Source: a virus
DNA: 64,000 nucleotides
Direction: 5' to 3' (one strand)
IMG/VR virus record: IMGVR_UViG_3300043270_000050
Span: 1-64,000 of that record
Part shown: in pieces, positions 1 through 8,646 of the stretch
Layout of the letters: every line of letters starts with the position of its first letter
Position numbering within the stretch: the stretch's first letter is position 1
Program-made: the position numbers and the translations under genes
The notes under the pieces: generated by a model
Told to the model about the DNA's origin: nothing
The model's input: the letters and a program-made list of their open reading frames with translations, nothing else
The model's database searches: none

Positions 1-88
1 TCCCGCCGGCCCGGGGCTGGGCTCCCGCCGGCCCGGGGCTGGGCTCCCGCCGGCCCGGGGCTGGGCTCCCGCCGGCCCGGGCCTGTTA
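1..88. repeat. 22-bp tandem repeat TCCCGCCGGCCCGGGGCTGGGC, 3 full copies plus a diverged partial 4th, cut by the window edge
   Basis: Identical units at 1-22, 23-44 and 45-66. Unit 67-88 matches for the first ~15 nt and then diverges. Confidence 0.9.
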
Positions 89-161
89 GGCGCTTTAGAC
101 GCGGTTTCACTTTTTTTGATTTTTCGCTGGACGTCACTGTGCGGTCTGCTAGATTGACCTT

Positions 162-182
162 TGACAGTGATAGTCACTGTCA
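162..182. promoter_or_regulatory. Perfect palindrome TGACAGTGA-TAG-TCACTGTCA (operator-like) in the non-coding left end
   Basis: The 9-bp arms are exact reverse complements. An extra TCACTGT half-site lies at 134-140. No convincing ORF in ~90-600. Confidence 0.4.
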
Positions 183-230
183 CAGTGGGGCCCGTCGGAC
201 GGGCCGAGGTAGGTATATCGTGGTCTATTG

Positions 231-250
231 ACGCGCGCTAGTGCGCGCGT
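231..250. promoter_or_regulatory. Perfect palindrome ACGCGCGC-TAGT-GCGCGCGT, overlapping a TTGACG -35-like hexamer
   Basis: 8-bp arms are exact reverse complements. It has the same TAG-centred architecture as the 162-182 palindrome. Confidence 0.35.
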
Positions 251-608
251 GGCATACGTGGTTTGGACCGTTGCACGGCCAATTTGGCGGACAGATCCGC
301 ACGCGTATGTCGCGCGATCCGGAGACGGATCGGGGCAATTGTCTCGACGCAAAGTGACCCCCATGCGCTGACATAGGTAGGGGTCCCCACGCACGCGGTA
401 GACCACGCGTTGCGCGCCCGCACCCTAACGGGTGGGCTACGGCTCATAGCCTGCGATCGGAGGATCGCAGGCCCGGACGCGGTTCAGGCGTCTATGGGCT
501 TGATTTGCAAAGCTGAACCTTTTTTCTTTCCCCTCCCAAATGAAGGTAGGTAGAGCGCTGGACGGGTGACCGTCCAGCGTTCCCGCGTGTTTTCATGGGA
601 GGAAAAAA

Positions 609-920
609 ATGAAAGATGATCTAACCGGGATACACCCGGTTTATTCGGGCCGCGAAAAGCGGCTCGTAGTGCCACGTCAGCCGACGCGAGCGGAATTGCT
701 CGCGTCGGCGAATAAACAGCTTCGGGGCCGCGCGTCATGGCGCGCGGCACCCGAGCAAGGGTATCGGCCAACACTGGCCGATATCGCACCTGAGCTAGCC
801 GAGCGGGCCGCCTGCGCGGCCCGCGAGACGCGCAAGCGTCGCACGGTCGCGCTGGCGACCGAGGTTGCCGATCGAATTATCGACTCGGCGCCGGTGATTC
901 TCGCGCCTCTGGCGCGTTGA
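609..920 (+). CDS. hypothetical protein (103 aa)
   Basis: ATG preceded by GGGAGGAAAAAAA. High GC3. First ORF after the non-coding leader. Confidence 0.6.
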   Translation: MKDDLTGIHPVYSGREKRLVVPRQPTRAELLASANKQLRGRASWRAAPEQGYRPTLADIAPELAERAACAARETRKRRTVALATEVADRIIDSAPVILAPLAR

Positions 921-1018
921 TGGGGTACGTGAAAAGCAAGGTTTGAAACGTAGGTCGAGCGGTCGAGTTATCGACTGCTCCCTCGTGCGTTTCAAAGGCA
1001 CGAACGGAGGGTAAGAAA
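917..1018 (+). promoter_or_regulatory. Conserved intercistronic module, copy A: TTGATGGGGTACGTGAAAAGCAAGGTTTGAA box, GTAGGTCGAGC hairpin, then CCCTCGTGCG..CACGAACGGAGGG hairpin containing the SD
   Basis: Near-identical to 2834-2933. The GTAGGTCGAGC hairpin and the CACGAACGGAGGG-N-ATG element recur at 1593-1676 and 4347-4420. Confidence 0.7.
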
Positions 1019-1318
1019 ATGGAAAGACAAAATCTGGACGGCGGAGGCTGGTTCGACCGTTCGGCGGCGCAATTGTGGGACGAAGCCCGTCGATGGGACG
1101 GCCGCAATCACATCAGCGTCGCCACTGGCTCTCAGTGGGAGCACGAGCGGCTGTACCGATCCCGCAAGGGTCTGTGGATCTTGCATGCGTGGTCACAGTG
1201 GCAGGGCACGCGCGAGCGCTGGCAGGTCATTGGCGCCGACGAAGCCGCCGAATGGCTGGTGAAAAACGGGCACTACGATGCAGTACCCGCTGAGGCGCTT
1301 GCAGCGAGCGAGGTTTGA
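1019..1318 (+). CDS. hypothetical protein (99 aa)
   Basis: ATG 7 nt after the GGAGGG of the conserved module. Trp-rich product. Confidence 0.65.
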   Translation: MERQNLDGGGWFDRSAAQLWDEARRWDGRNHISVATGSQWEHERLYRSRKGLWILHAWSQWQGTRERWQVIGADEAAEWLVKNGHYDAVPAEALAASEV

Positions 1319-1328
1319 TCCCTCGTGC

Positions 1329-1410
1329 GCTCAAGGCACGAACGGAGGGAACATTGGAAAAAATAGAACGCTCAAGGCACGAACGGAGGGAACATTGGAA
1401 AAAATAGAAC
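1329..1410 (+). repeat. Exact 41-bp tandem duplication (GCTCAAGGCACGAACGGAGGGAACATTGGAAAAAATAGAAC x2) of an RBS/start module
   Basis: 1329-1369 equals 1370-1410 by direct reading. Each copy carries GGAGGG plus TTG. Confidence 0.9.
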
Positions 1411-1592
1411 TAGACGAGTCCGAGGTCATGGATCTGATGGAGTCGTACGCGGGCGTGTGTCTGGTATGCGGCGACATCCAGGATTCGGGTGTCGAGCCCG
1501 ACGCCGAAGGGTACAAGTGCCTCTCGTGTGGCGCGATGAAGGTCTGCGGCATCGAACAAGCCGTCCTGATGGGCGCTGTCGAGGTCGTGTGA
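1395..1592 (+). CDS. small zinc-ribbon protein (65 aa, TTG start inferred)
   Basis: GGAGGGAACA-TTG has the same spacing as GGAGGGAAC-ATG at 2934. Two CxxC pairs (CLVCG, CLSCG). Confidence 0.55.
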   Translation: MEKIELDESEVMDLMESYAGVCLVCGDIQDSGVEPDAEGYKCLSCGAMKVCGIEQAVLMGAVEVV

Positions 1593-1676
1593 GGGTGTAG
1601 GTCGGCCGGTCGAAGTGACTTCGACCGTCCCTTCGTGCGCCTTTTCCAAACACGCACGAACGGAGGGTTTAGAAAA
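1593..1676 (+). promoter_or_regulatory. Conserved intercistronic module, copy C (GTAGGTCGGCC hairpin plus CCCTTCGTGCGC..CGCACGAACGGAGGG SD hairpin)
   Basis: 9-bp stem CGGTCGAAG/CTTCGACCG, then a hairpin whose 3' arm contains the SD 8 nt before ATG 1677. Confidence 0.65.
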
Positions 1677-2654
1677 ATGTTGATGAGTAGTAGTATCAAA
1701 AAGCGCAAGGACGGTCAGGTCCTCGACGCGCACCGTCAGTGGGCCTCGCGGCCCGCAGACGAGCGCGTCATGACGATCGAAGACTATGTGTCGCGGACTC
1801 GACAGATCCGCGACACCTCGCGCGAAAGCGCGGACGCGGGTGTCCCATGGGACAGCCTGCGGATCGAAGCACAGGGCGACGAGCTAGCGTTGCTCGGTCG
1901 CGGGGGGATCCCCGCGACTCTCAACAATTGGAGCCTCAGTCAAATTTGCGCGCTCCCCGCGCGCGACGGCTCCGGGACACTTGCGCCGACCGAATTTCTC
2001 GGTCGGTTGTCAACGAACGTCGCGGCAGACGTGCTCACCGATCGTCTCACCCGAGGGATCGGCCGGCAGAAGCCGGCTCACCTGTTAGTCAGCGGACCGA
2101 CAGCGTCTATGATGCTTCGGTCTATCACGACCACCGCGTATGAGCGCGTGTGGGACTACGACATCGCTCTGCGTGTCGCAGAGCTGTGTCGTCGGTCGAG
2201 CTGGGGGCCTTGCGAGGCCTTCCGGACCGCTTCAGGCCCCGCGCGTCATGCGTGGGGCGACGTCGAGCCCCTTCCGCTCGGATGGGTGGGTGACCGTAGC
2301 TCATTCATTGCGCTCGCCGATTACGACACGGCGATCGAGCACGGAAAAAACCGCTATTCGCGGTTTATGCTGCTCTCGAATTCCGAGGTAGGCGGCGCGT
2401 CGGTCAAGCTCGTGTTCGGCCTCATGGATTTCGCTTGCTGCAACTTCATTCTATGGGGTTGCACCGAGGTCTACGAAGCCACGTTTCGTCACACGAAAAC
2501 GGTCCATGACCGTTTCCTTGCGGCGCAACGTGCGATGGCATTGCCGATGCCGCGCGAGGAGCGCGACGAGCTACAGAGCGCGATCAAGGTCGCCTCGACA
2601 TTCTTGCTCGGCGAAGGCGAGCAAGAGGTGATCGCGGTGACGCGCGCGCGGTGA
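1677..2654 (+). CDS. DUF932-like protein (phage/plasmid-associated family)
   Basis: The segment LSNSEVGGASVKLVFGLMDFACCNFILWG resembles the NSHDGS..G..R.VC.NG core of DUF932, from memory. ATG follows the conserved SD module. Confidence 0.5.
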   Translation: MLMSSSIKKRKDGQVLDAHRQWASRPADERVMTIEDYVSRTRQIRDTSRESADAGVPWDSLRIEAQGDELALLGRGGIPATLNNWSLSQICALPARDGSGTLAPTEFLGRLSTNVAADVLTDRLTRGIGRQKPAHLLVSGPTASMMLRSITTTAYERVWDYDIALRVAELCRRSSWGPCEAFRTASGPARHAWGDVEPLPLGWVGDRSSFIALADYDTAIEHGKNRYSRFMLLSNSEVGGASVKLVFGLMDFACCNFILWGCTEVYEATFRHTKTVHDRFLAAQRAMALPMPREERDELQSAIKVASTFLLGEGEQEVIAVTRAR

Positions 2655-2863
2655 CCGAGCTGCCGCAGAAGCTCGTACAGGACGCATACACCCGCACGCT
2701 TCAGACCGACCGTTATGGTCGGCCCGGAACGGCTTGGAGCATGCTTCAAGGCCTCACTGAGGCCTCGCAACATGTCGACGTCGCGCGGGCGAACGTCGAC
2801 AAACGGGCCGACATCGACGCAAAGGCGGCCCGATTGATGGGGTACGTGAAAAGCAAGGTTTGA
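2651..2863 (+). CDS. 70-aa ORF (GTG start), possibly a detached C-terminal piece of the DUF932-like gene
   Basis: GTG overlaps the upstream TGA (GTGA) in a different frame. Its last 10 codons lie inside the repeated 45-bp box. Confidence 0.4.
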   Translation: MTELPQKLVQDAYTRTLQTDRYGRPGTAWSMLQGLTEASQHVDVARANVDKRADIDAKAARLMGYVKSKV

Positions 2864-2933
2864 ACGTAGGTCGAGCCCGCGATTTCGATTGCGGGCTCCT
2901 TCGTGCGTTCAAAACGCCACGAACGGAGGGAAC
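2834..2933 (+). promoter_or_regulatory. Conserved intercistronic module, copy D
   Basis: TTGATGGGGTACGTGAAAAGCAAGGTTTGAACGTAGGTCGAGC is almost identical to 917-961. Followed by the hairpin GAGCCCGC/GCGGGCTC and the SD hairpin. Confidence 0.7.
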
Positions 2934-3446
2934 ATGGAAGAAAGTAGAATCGCGAGACTCGCCTTAGAGTCGAGCGTGGTGGTCGATATCGTCGACCTAT
3001 CAAAGCGACTCTATCGAGCTGCGCTTGAGCTGCGATCGATCAAGGACGACACGGAGCTGCGAAAGCACCCCGCACTCGTCTATCTGTCGATGCAGCTTCG
3101 ATACGCGCTTACGCTCGACGACGATCAAGACGTCTATGCGGCGTGTGTCGAGCTGTCGAAAGGCCGGCGCACAATCGAGATCCCGGCGACGCTCAAGTTT
3201 TCGAGCGGCATTGCAGGTGATCAATTTCGCGACGCAGCGCGCACTGAGGGCGATAAGGGGGGTGAATCCGCCGAGTCGTTCGAGCGGTGCGTCGAAAACC
3301 TCGTGCGCTTGAAGGCCGAGGTCGGTCCAGACACGGACTACCTACGCGATCCTGCGCACGGCTATTCGTATTTCGGGTGGTCAGGATGCGGGATGATTGG
3401 CGCGATGGTCCGCCATCGCGACGGACAATGGAGTTTGCACTCATGA
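2934..3446 (+). CDS. hypothetical protein (170 aa)
   Basis: GGAGGGAAC-ATG. Coherent high-GC3 frame. Confidence 0.65.
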   Translation: MEESRIARLALESSVVVDIVDLSKRLYRAALELRSIKDDTELRKHPALVYLSMQLRYALTLDDDQDVYAACVELSKGRRTIEIPATLKFSSGIAGDQFRDAARTEGDKGGESAESFERCVENLVRLKAEVGPDTDYLRDPAHGYSYFGWSGCGMIGAMVRHRDGQWSLHS

Positions 3447-3715
3447 AGATCGTCACGAACGGCGTCTGGGCGCCCGCCGATAAACCAGGCGAGTGGCACC
3501 ATTTCATCGTGACGCGCTACCGCGCGTCGCGCAAAGATCGTGTGCGGGTCGCGTACCAGCGCACGAATGGCGAGGGTCAAACGTCGACCGACATAGACGC
3601 GTCGGTGGACGCGATCGCCGAGCGGAATCTATCCCCCGACGCGATTGCAGCGTGGCGCGCGCAACGCGCCGCAGGATGGGATGGCACGGCTGTCTCGATC
3701 CAAGAGAACACCTGA
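3443..3715 (+). CDS. hypothetical protein (90 aa)
   Basis: ATGA start/stop overlap with the upstream gene. Followed by a hairpin. Confidence 0.55.
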   Translation: MKIVTNGVWAPADKPGEWHHFIVTRYRASRKDRVRVAYQRTNGEGQTSTDIDASVDAIAERNLSPDAIAAWRAQRAAGWDGTAVSIQENT

Positions 3716-3730
3716 CCCTCCGGGCCTCCC

Positions 3731-3757
3731 GGCCCGTGGGGGTGGTCCTCACGGGCC
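3731..3757 (+). terminator. GC-rich stem-loop GGCCCGTG..CACGGGCC after the 3443-3715 gene
   Basis: 8-bp perfect stem. The downstream ATTTATT is only weakly U-rich. Confidence 0.45.
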
Positions 3758-3796
3758 GGGGCGGCCATTTATTCGAGGGTTTGAAATGGAGGGAAC

Positions 3797-4099
3797 ATGA
3801 AAAAACGAGGAATCGTCCACGAACCGGACCGAAAGGTCGACCTTCGGCGAGAAATGCGACCTGATCGGGTAGGCGCGTACCCGAGTGTCGAGGTCAAGCT
3901 CGTCCTGGAGCTTGCCACGGCGATCCATGAGGCCGAATCCGACGGCGCGGCTGTGTCTTGGAGCGCGCAGGAACGTGCCCAAGTGTTTTACAACGAGCAC
4001 GGCTTCGTTGCTGCGCTCGATGAGAAGCTTCGGCTCGAAGCGATTCGAGCTGAGCAGTGGTCGAACGATGAAAAGCCGAGGGCGCCGTGTACCGAATAG
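3797..4099 (+). CDS. hypothetical protein (100 aa)
   Basis: TGGAGGGAAC-ATG, a short version of the conserved RBS module. Confidence 0.6.
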   Translation: MKKRGIVHEPDRKVDLRREMRPDRVGAYPSVEVKLVLELATAIHEAESDGAAVSWSAQERAQVFYNEHGFVAALDEKLRLEAIRAEQWSNDEKPRAPCTE

Positions 4100-4350
4100 T
4101 CCTGTGCGTTGACGTCAACGCGGCCACGCCCGAAGAGGCGTACAAAAAGGTTCACGACGCGATGACTCGCACGGCCATGTCGTGGGGGTCGTCGGATGAA
4201 TGGTTCGATCCGGATGGAAATCCGTTGTCGTTTCAAACGGTATTGAAAGCTCGTTTGGCCGCATTCAAAGGCCTGTACGGCTGTCTAGCGTGCCCGCACG
4301 ACGCTGGCACTCGCGGCGGGATATGCGATCGGTGTGGAGCTGAATTGTAG
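4087..4350 (+). CDS. hypothetical protein (87 aa) with C-terminal Cys pairs
   Basis: GTG start overlaps the upstream gene end. CLACP...CDRCG suggests a zinc ribbon. Confidence 0.5.
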   Translation: MYRIVLCVDVNAATPEEAYKKVHDAMTRTAMSWGSSDEWFDPDGNPLSFQTVLKARLAAFKGLYGCLACPHDAGTRGGICDRCGAEL

Positions 4351-4420
4351 GTCGAGCCCGCTTTCACGAAAAGCGGGTTTCATCGTGCAAGTCAGTTTGT
4401 ACGAACGGAGGGTTAGAAAA
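4347..4420 (+). promoter_or_regulatory. Conserved intercistronic module, copy E
   Basis: GTAGGTCGAGCCCGCTTT..AAAGCGGG hairpin, then CATCGTGCA..TGTACGAACGGAGGG 8 nt before ATG 4421. Confidence 0.65.
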
Positions 4421-5413
4421 ATGGAAGTCAAAACAGAAGCGCTCGGCGCCGTGCTCACGGGCGTCGGGCGAGCGGCGATGTGCGCCGTACATGCGACGGT
4501 CTATGATAGACCGGGATCTGTGAAGGTCACCGTGCTGTCGGGCTCGGAAGCGGCAGCGCGCGAGGCGCAGGTGCGCCTGACGTCGGTCCTCGGCATGGAG
4601 GGCCATTCGGCGCACGTCGAGCTAGACGAGCCCTCAGCGGGGCTCGACCTGGCCGCAGCCGTCGCAGTCCTGCGCGGCATGGACCGGCTTGCAGGGGTGA
4701 CGCCCGACAAGGCAACGCCCCTCGGGCAGGATCACGCCGTGTTTGTCGGCGAGCTGTCATTCAGTGGAGTTGTTCGCCCCGTTCGCGGAGCCGCGTGCAT
4801 GCGCGACTTCGAGCCGCTCTATGTAGCGCGCAATCAAATAGACGCGCGCTCGATGCTCGGTCCGGATGCGCTCGTGTTCGGCCTGAATCACCTTGGCGAC
4901 GTCCGGGATAGACCGGTCCCGGTCGAACCCTTCGCGTTTCAGTCCTACGATCGCGTGCTGCTCGTCGGAGCTCCAGGTACGGGCAAGACAATGCTCGCCC
5001 GAAGCTTCGCCGAGGGCTGGCTGCTGCGCGAGCAGGCGGCCGAGGTTTTGCGGATCTATAGCTCCGCGGGGCTCGACTACCTCACACCGAAGGTGCCTTT
5101 TCGCGCGCCTCACCACACGGTGAGTGCGCTCGGGATGGCCGGCAAGGGCTCGAGGCCCGGCGAGGTTGCGCTCGCGCACCATGGCGTCTTGCTTCTCGAC
5201 GAGATCACGGAGTTTTCAACGGTTGCACTCCAAGCGACGGCCGAAGCCTTCACAAAGTGGAGGCCCGCGCGCGTGATCGCCGCAACGAGCCCGTGCCCGT
5301 GCGGCTTTTTTCCGCCGAAGTGTACGTGCCCCCCTGAGAGGACGAAGGCGTACTTCGACCGTGCGAAGCGCAACGCGGCGATCGTCGGGATCACGGACGT
5401 CTATTCGATGTGA
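4421..5413 (+). CDS. ComM/YifB-family Mg-chelatase-like AAA+ ATPase, short form (330 aa)
   Basis: N-terminal Lon/ChlI-like segment (FVGELSFSGVVRPVRGA). Walker A GAPGTGKT. FRAPHHTVS...PGEVALAHHGVLLLDE matches the ComM signature. The C-terminal part of full-length ComM is absent. Confidence 0.75.
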   Translation: MEVKTEALGAVLTGVGRAAMCAVHATVYDRPGSVKVTVLSGSEAAAREAQVRLTSVLGMEGHSAHVELDEPSAGLDLAAAVAVLRGMDRLAGVTPDKATPLGQDHAVFVGELSFSGVVRPVRGAACMRDFEPLYVARNQIDARSMLGPDALVFGLNHLGDVRDRPVPVEPFAFQSYDRVLLVGAPGTGKTMLARSFAEGWLLREQAAEVLRIYSSAGLDYLTPKVPFRAPHHTVSALGMAGKGSRPGEVALAHHGVLLLDEITEFSTVALQATAEAFTKWRPARVIAATSPCPCGFFPPKCTCPPERTKAYFDRAKRNAAIVGITDVYSM

Positions 5414-5541
5414 AAAAAGCAAGCCTCCCCCGAACCATTTCGGGGAAGGCCTACGGGCCGCGCTGTCGTCGAGCCCACCCGGTCAGGATGTGTCGAGACA
5501 GTGCGGAGCCTTCTATCCAACGAGAAGGGTGTGCTGTCAAG

Positions 5542-5570
5542 TTGACATTGTGCAACCTTCGATGTACTCA
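5542..5570 (+). promoter_or_regulatory. Sigma70-like promoter candidate TTGACA-17 nt-TACTCA
   Basis: Consensus -35 at 5542-5547 and a -10-like hexamer at 5565-5570, in a 220-bp intergenic gap upstream of ATG 5637. Confidence 0.4.
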
Positions 5571-5636
5571 AGTTTTTCGCCGCATAGTGCGGTGAATCGA
5601 CACGGCTAGGCCGTGTCTGCAGAGAGGAGAAGAAAA

Positions 5637-6632
5637 ATGCTGGAAATCAAAGCAAAGGTGAACGTGCCGCGGGCGATTAGCGAGGGGATTGCGGCATCAG
5701 GCGAGGGGCTCGTGCGGCTCTCGCAAGAGCAACTCGACTCATTGTCCGTCGAGGAACGAGCGCTGCTCGCGAACCGCGCGACTTGTACCTGGGAAGTCGT
5801 TCGTCTCAACGGCGAGGGGCTTCTCGCGTCTATTCGTGAGGCGCTCGTACAAGAAAAGGCGGAGATCGCGCAAAGGCAGGCAGACGAAGCCGCAAAAAAG
5901 GCGCGAGCCCACGAAACCCACGCGAAGATCCTCGCGACATACCCGACGCCAGAGGCGTATTGCGCCGCGAATTTCCCGACGTACTACGAGGATCTTTTCA
6001 TGGAGTCGGCAGCGACCGAAGAGGTCGAGGCCTTCCGCCGAGCGGTCAGAGCTTTGCGCGAGGCCCGCGAGAAGGAGCGGCTCGCGCGCGAGGCAGAGCG
6101 CGATCGAGCCCGACGCGCAGAGCAAGAAAGGCTCGAGGAAGCGTGGCCTCGCTTCTGCGAGAAGTACCTCGCAGGGGAGGCGCCGGCGGAGCTCTACACG
6201 TGCTCGACAGCTCAACTCGAGAGCATGCGTGAGCGGCACAAGGCCAACTTTTTGCCCTACGGGGCGAAAGAGGTTGTCGACGCTGTGCGCGACGGGCTTT
6301 TGCAGCCGATCGCGGACTTCGCTCGTTACATGCCACTGAAAAAGTCGGACGTCTGCACTTGCCGAGGCAACGACGTGTCATTCGACGTCGAGCCGCTCGA
6401 GGAGCTGAGCGAGGATGAGTATCGACTTTTCAAACAGGTTGAGAAGGCGATGACTAGCCAAGTCGACTCGCTGAAAGGGCTCGTCGACGAGGAGCACCTA
6501 GAATTCGAGGTGCTTCCCCAATTGCACGTCGGGGAAGCGTCGTGCTGCGATGAAAAAAGAACGTCGAAGTCGATCTACGTCTCTCTCACTATCGGTGAGC
6601 GAACGTTGAGCCGGCAAATCGACTTCAACTGA
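5637..6632 (+). CDS. hypothetical protein with Glu/Arg-rich coiled-coil centre (331 aa)
   Basis: AGAGGAGAAGAAAA-ATG. Long charged helical stretch (EKERLAREAERDRARRAEQERLEE). Confidence 0.65.
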   Translation: MLEIKAKVNVPRAISEGIAASGEGLVRLSQEQLDSLSVEERALLANRATCTWEVVRLNGEGLLASIREALVQEKAEIAQRQADEAAKKARAHETHAKILATYPTPEAYCAANFPTYYEDLFMESAATEEVEAFRRAVRALREAREKERLAREAERDRARRAEQERLEEAWPRFCEKYLAGEAPAELYTCSTAQLESMRERHKANFLPYGAKEVVDAVRDGLLQPIADFARYMPLKKSDVCTCRGNDVSFDVEPLEELSEDEYRLFKQVEKAMTSQVDSLKGLVDEEHLEFEVLPQLHVGEASCCDEKRTSKSIYVSLTIGERTLSRQIDFN

Positions 6633-6709
6633 GAGTCGCCGTCGAAGCGCTTGACCTAGGGGTCGAGCGTTTCCGCGCTGTCTTTCAGCGAAAGAAAACA
6701 GAGGAAAAA

Positions 6710-6967
6710 ATGGAAGAGGGACAAAAGGTTTTCATTCGTACCGTGACTCACTACTACACCGGGAAGGTCCTCGAGGTGTCGGACAAGTGGATCAAGCTCG
6801 CAGACGCAGCGTGGGTCGCCGATACAGGTCGCTTCGCGGGGGCGCTCGAGAGCGGGGAGCTCAACGAGGTAGAGGTCTACCCCGAAGGGGTGCCGGTCTA
6901 CGTCGCCATTGGGGCGATCGTCGACTTGTGCCCGTGGAAGCACGAGCTTCCTCGCAAGACGAAGTGA
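6710..6967 (+). CDS. hypothetical protein (85 aa)
   Basis: AGAGGAAAAA-ATG. Followed by a strong hairpin. Confidence 0.6.
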   Translation: MEEGQKVFIRTVTHYYTGKVLEVSDKWIKLADAAWVADTGRFAGALESGELNEVEVYPEGVPVYVAIGAIVDLCPWKHELPRKTK

Positions 6968-6977
6968 ACACCTGATT

Positions 6978-7009
6978 CGAGGGATAGACTTTTTTAGGTC
7001 TATCCCTCG
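6978..7009 (+). terminator. 12-bp perfect stem-loop CGAGGGATAGAC-TTTTTTAG-GTCTATCCCTCG
   Basis: Read directly. It sits between gene 6710-6967 and the first leader-array unit. Confidence 0.55.
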
Positions 7010-7022
7010 TGTGAGGAGTTAT

Positions 7023-7243
7023 ATGAACCAAGCATTCAAACGAATAAGTTTTGAAAACGTTCCGAGGGGGTCGTGGTCGCGGTCGCGGTCGTGGCCGCGG
7101 TCGCGGTCGCGGTCGCGGTCGTGGTCATGGTCGGGGTCGCGGTTGGAGTCGTGGCCGCGGTCGCGGTCGCGGTCGTGGTTGGGGTCGCGATCGCGGTCGT
7201 GGTCGCAGTCGGGGTCGCGGTCGGGGTCGGGGTCGGAGGGTCT

Positions 7244-7247
<4 letters not shown>
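7023..7247 (+). CDS. Leader-repeat mini-ORF a: MNQAFKRISFENVPRG plus Ser-[Arg/Trp/Gly] repeats (74 aa)
   Basis: GAGGAG 4 nt before the ATG. Its TGA overlaps the next ATG (ATGA). Leader is conserved in 5 other copies with third-position-only differences. Confidence 0.45.
7067..7236 (+). repeat. Hexamer array 1, (GGTCGN)n
   Basis: About 28 units of GGTCG[C/G/T] with a few variants (GGCCGC, GGTCAT, GGTTGG, AGTCGT). Confidence 0.9.
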
Positions 7248-7870
<623 letters not shown>

Positions 7871-7885
<15 letters not shown>

Positions 7886-7943
7886 GTTTTGAAATCGCTC
7901 CGCCGGGGTCGGGGTCGCGGTCGCGATCGCGGTCGCGGTCGCC
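7871..7943 (+). repeat. Partial leader copy (no ATG) plus short hexamer array 3
   Basis: AATCAAACGAATAGGTTTTGAAATCGCTCCGCCGGGG followed by ~6 GGTCGN units. Confidence 0.8.
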
Positions 7944-8007
7944 CTAGACCGGCGAAAAGGCCGCATGTGGCCCGATGCCATCTCCTATTTCAGAGGACGG
8001 ATCCAGA

Positions 8008-8646
8008 ATGAAACCAGACTTCCCCTACGAAGGCTCATTTTTTGAGTGGCTCGAGAACATCGCTGGCTATCAAAAGTCGTCTGCGCGGTCGACGGTACGC
8101 ATGGTACGGAGAGCTTTCGAGCTGTACGCGGCTCACGAGCTCGAGGAGCTGTTTTCCTCGAAGTACACCCCCTACCTGCGTCGCTGGGTCAGCTTCGCGC
8201 AGACCCGCGGCCTTCGCGACGCATTCACGCAGGCCGTTGAGGAGCACTACTCGCCCGTCGAGCCCTCTCCGACGGGTCCGGTGAACACCAAGGCCCCCTC
8301 CGACAAGGCGTGGCGGACGCTTATCGAACAGCTCGCTTCTGCCGACTCGCCGGTCGACCGCGCGCTCTACGCGCTCGTCCTCGCCCCGCACCCGGAGACC
8401 GACATGGAGGACCTCTTGAAGATGCCCATCCGGGAGCTTCAAAAGCTTCTCCCCTCGGAGGTCGCACCGATCCTCGACAAGGCCCGACGCGCGGGCACTT
8501 TGCGGATGTACCTCTGCCCAGATTGCGCCCCGCAGAGCGTGTATCACCGGGTGTGGGCCCGGTTGAAAGCCCTCACCCAGGGCGGCATGACCTTCTCGGG
8601 GATTGAAAAGCTGCCTGTGGAACGTCGCTGGGCGGTGCTGCGATGA
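8008..8646 (+). CDS. hypothetical protein (212 aa)
   Basis: ATG 8008 after GAGGACGG. Coherent frame. The opposite-strand ORF 8035-8736 looks like a compositional shadow. Confidence 0.55.
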   Translation: MKPDFPYEGSFFEWLENIAGYQKSSARSTVRMVRRAFELYAAHELEELFSSKYTPYLRRWVSFAQTRGLRDAFTQAVEEHYSPVEPSPTGPVNTKAPSDKAWRTLIEQLASADSPVDRALYALVLAPHPETDMEDLLKMPIRELQKLLPSEVAPILDKARRAGTLRMYLCPDCAPQSVYHRVWARLKALTQGGMTFSGIEKLPVERRWAVLR

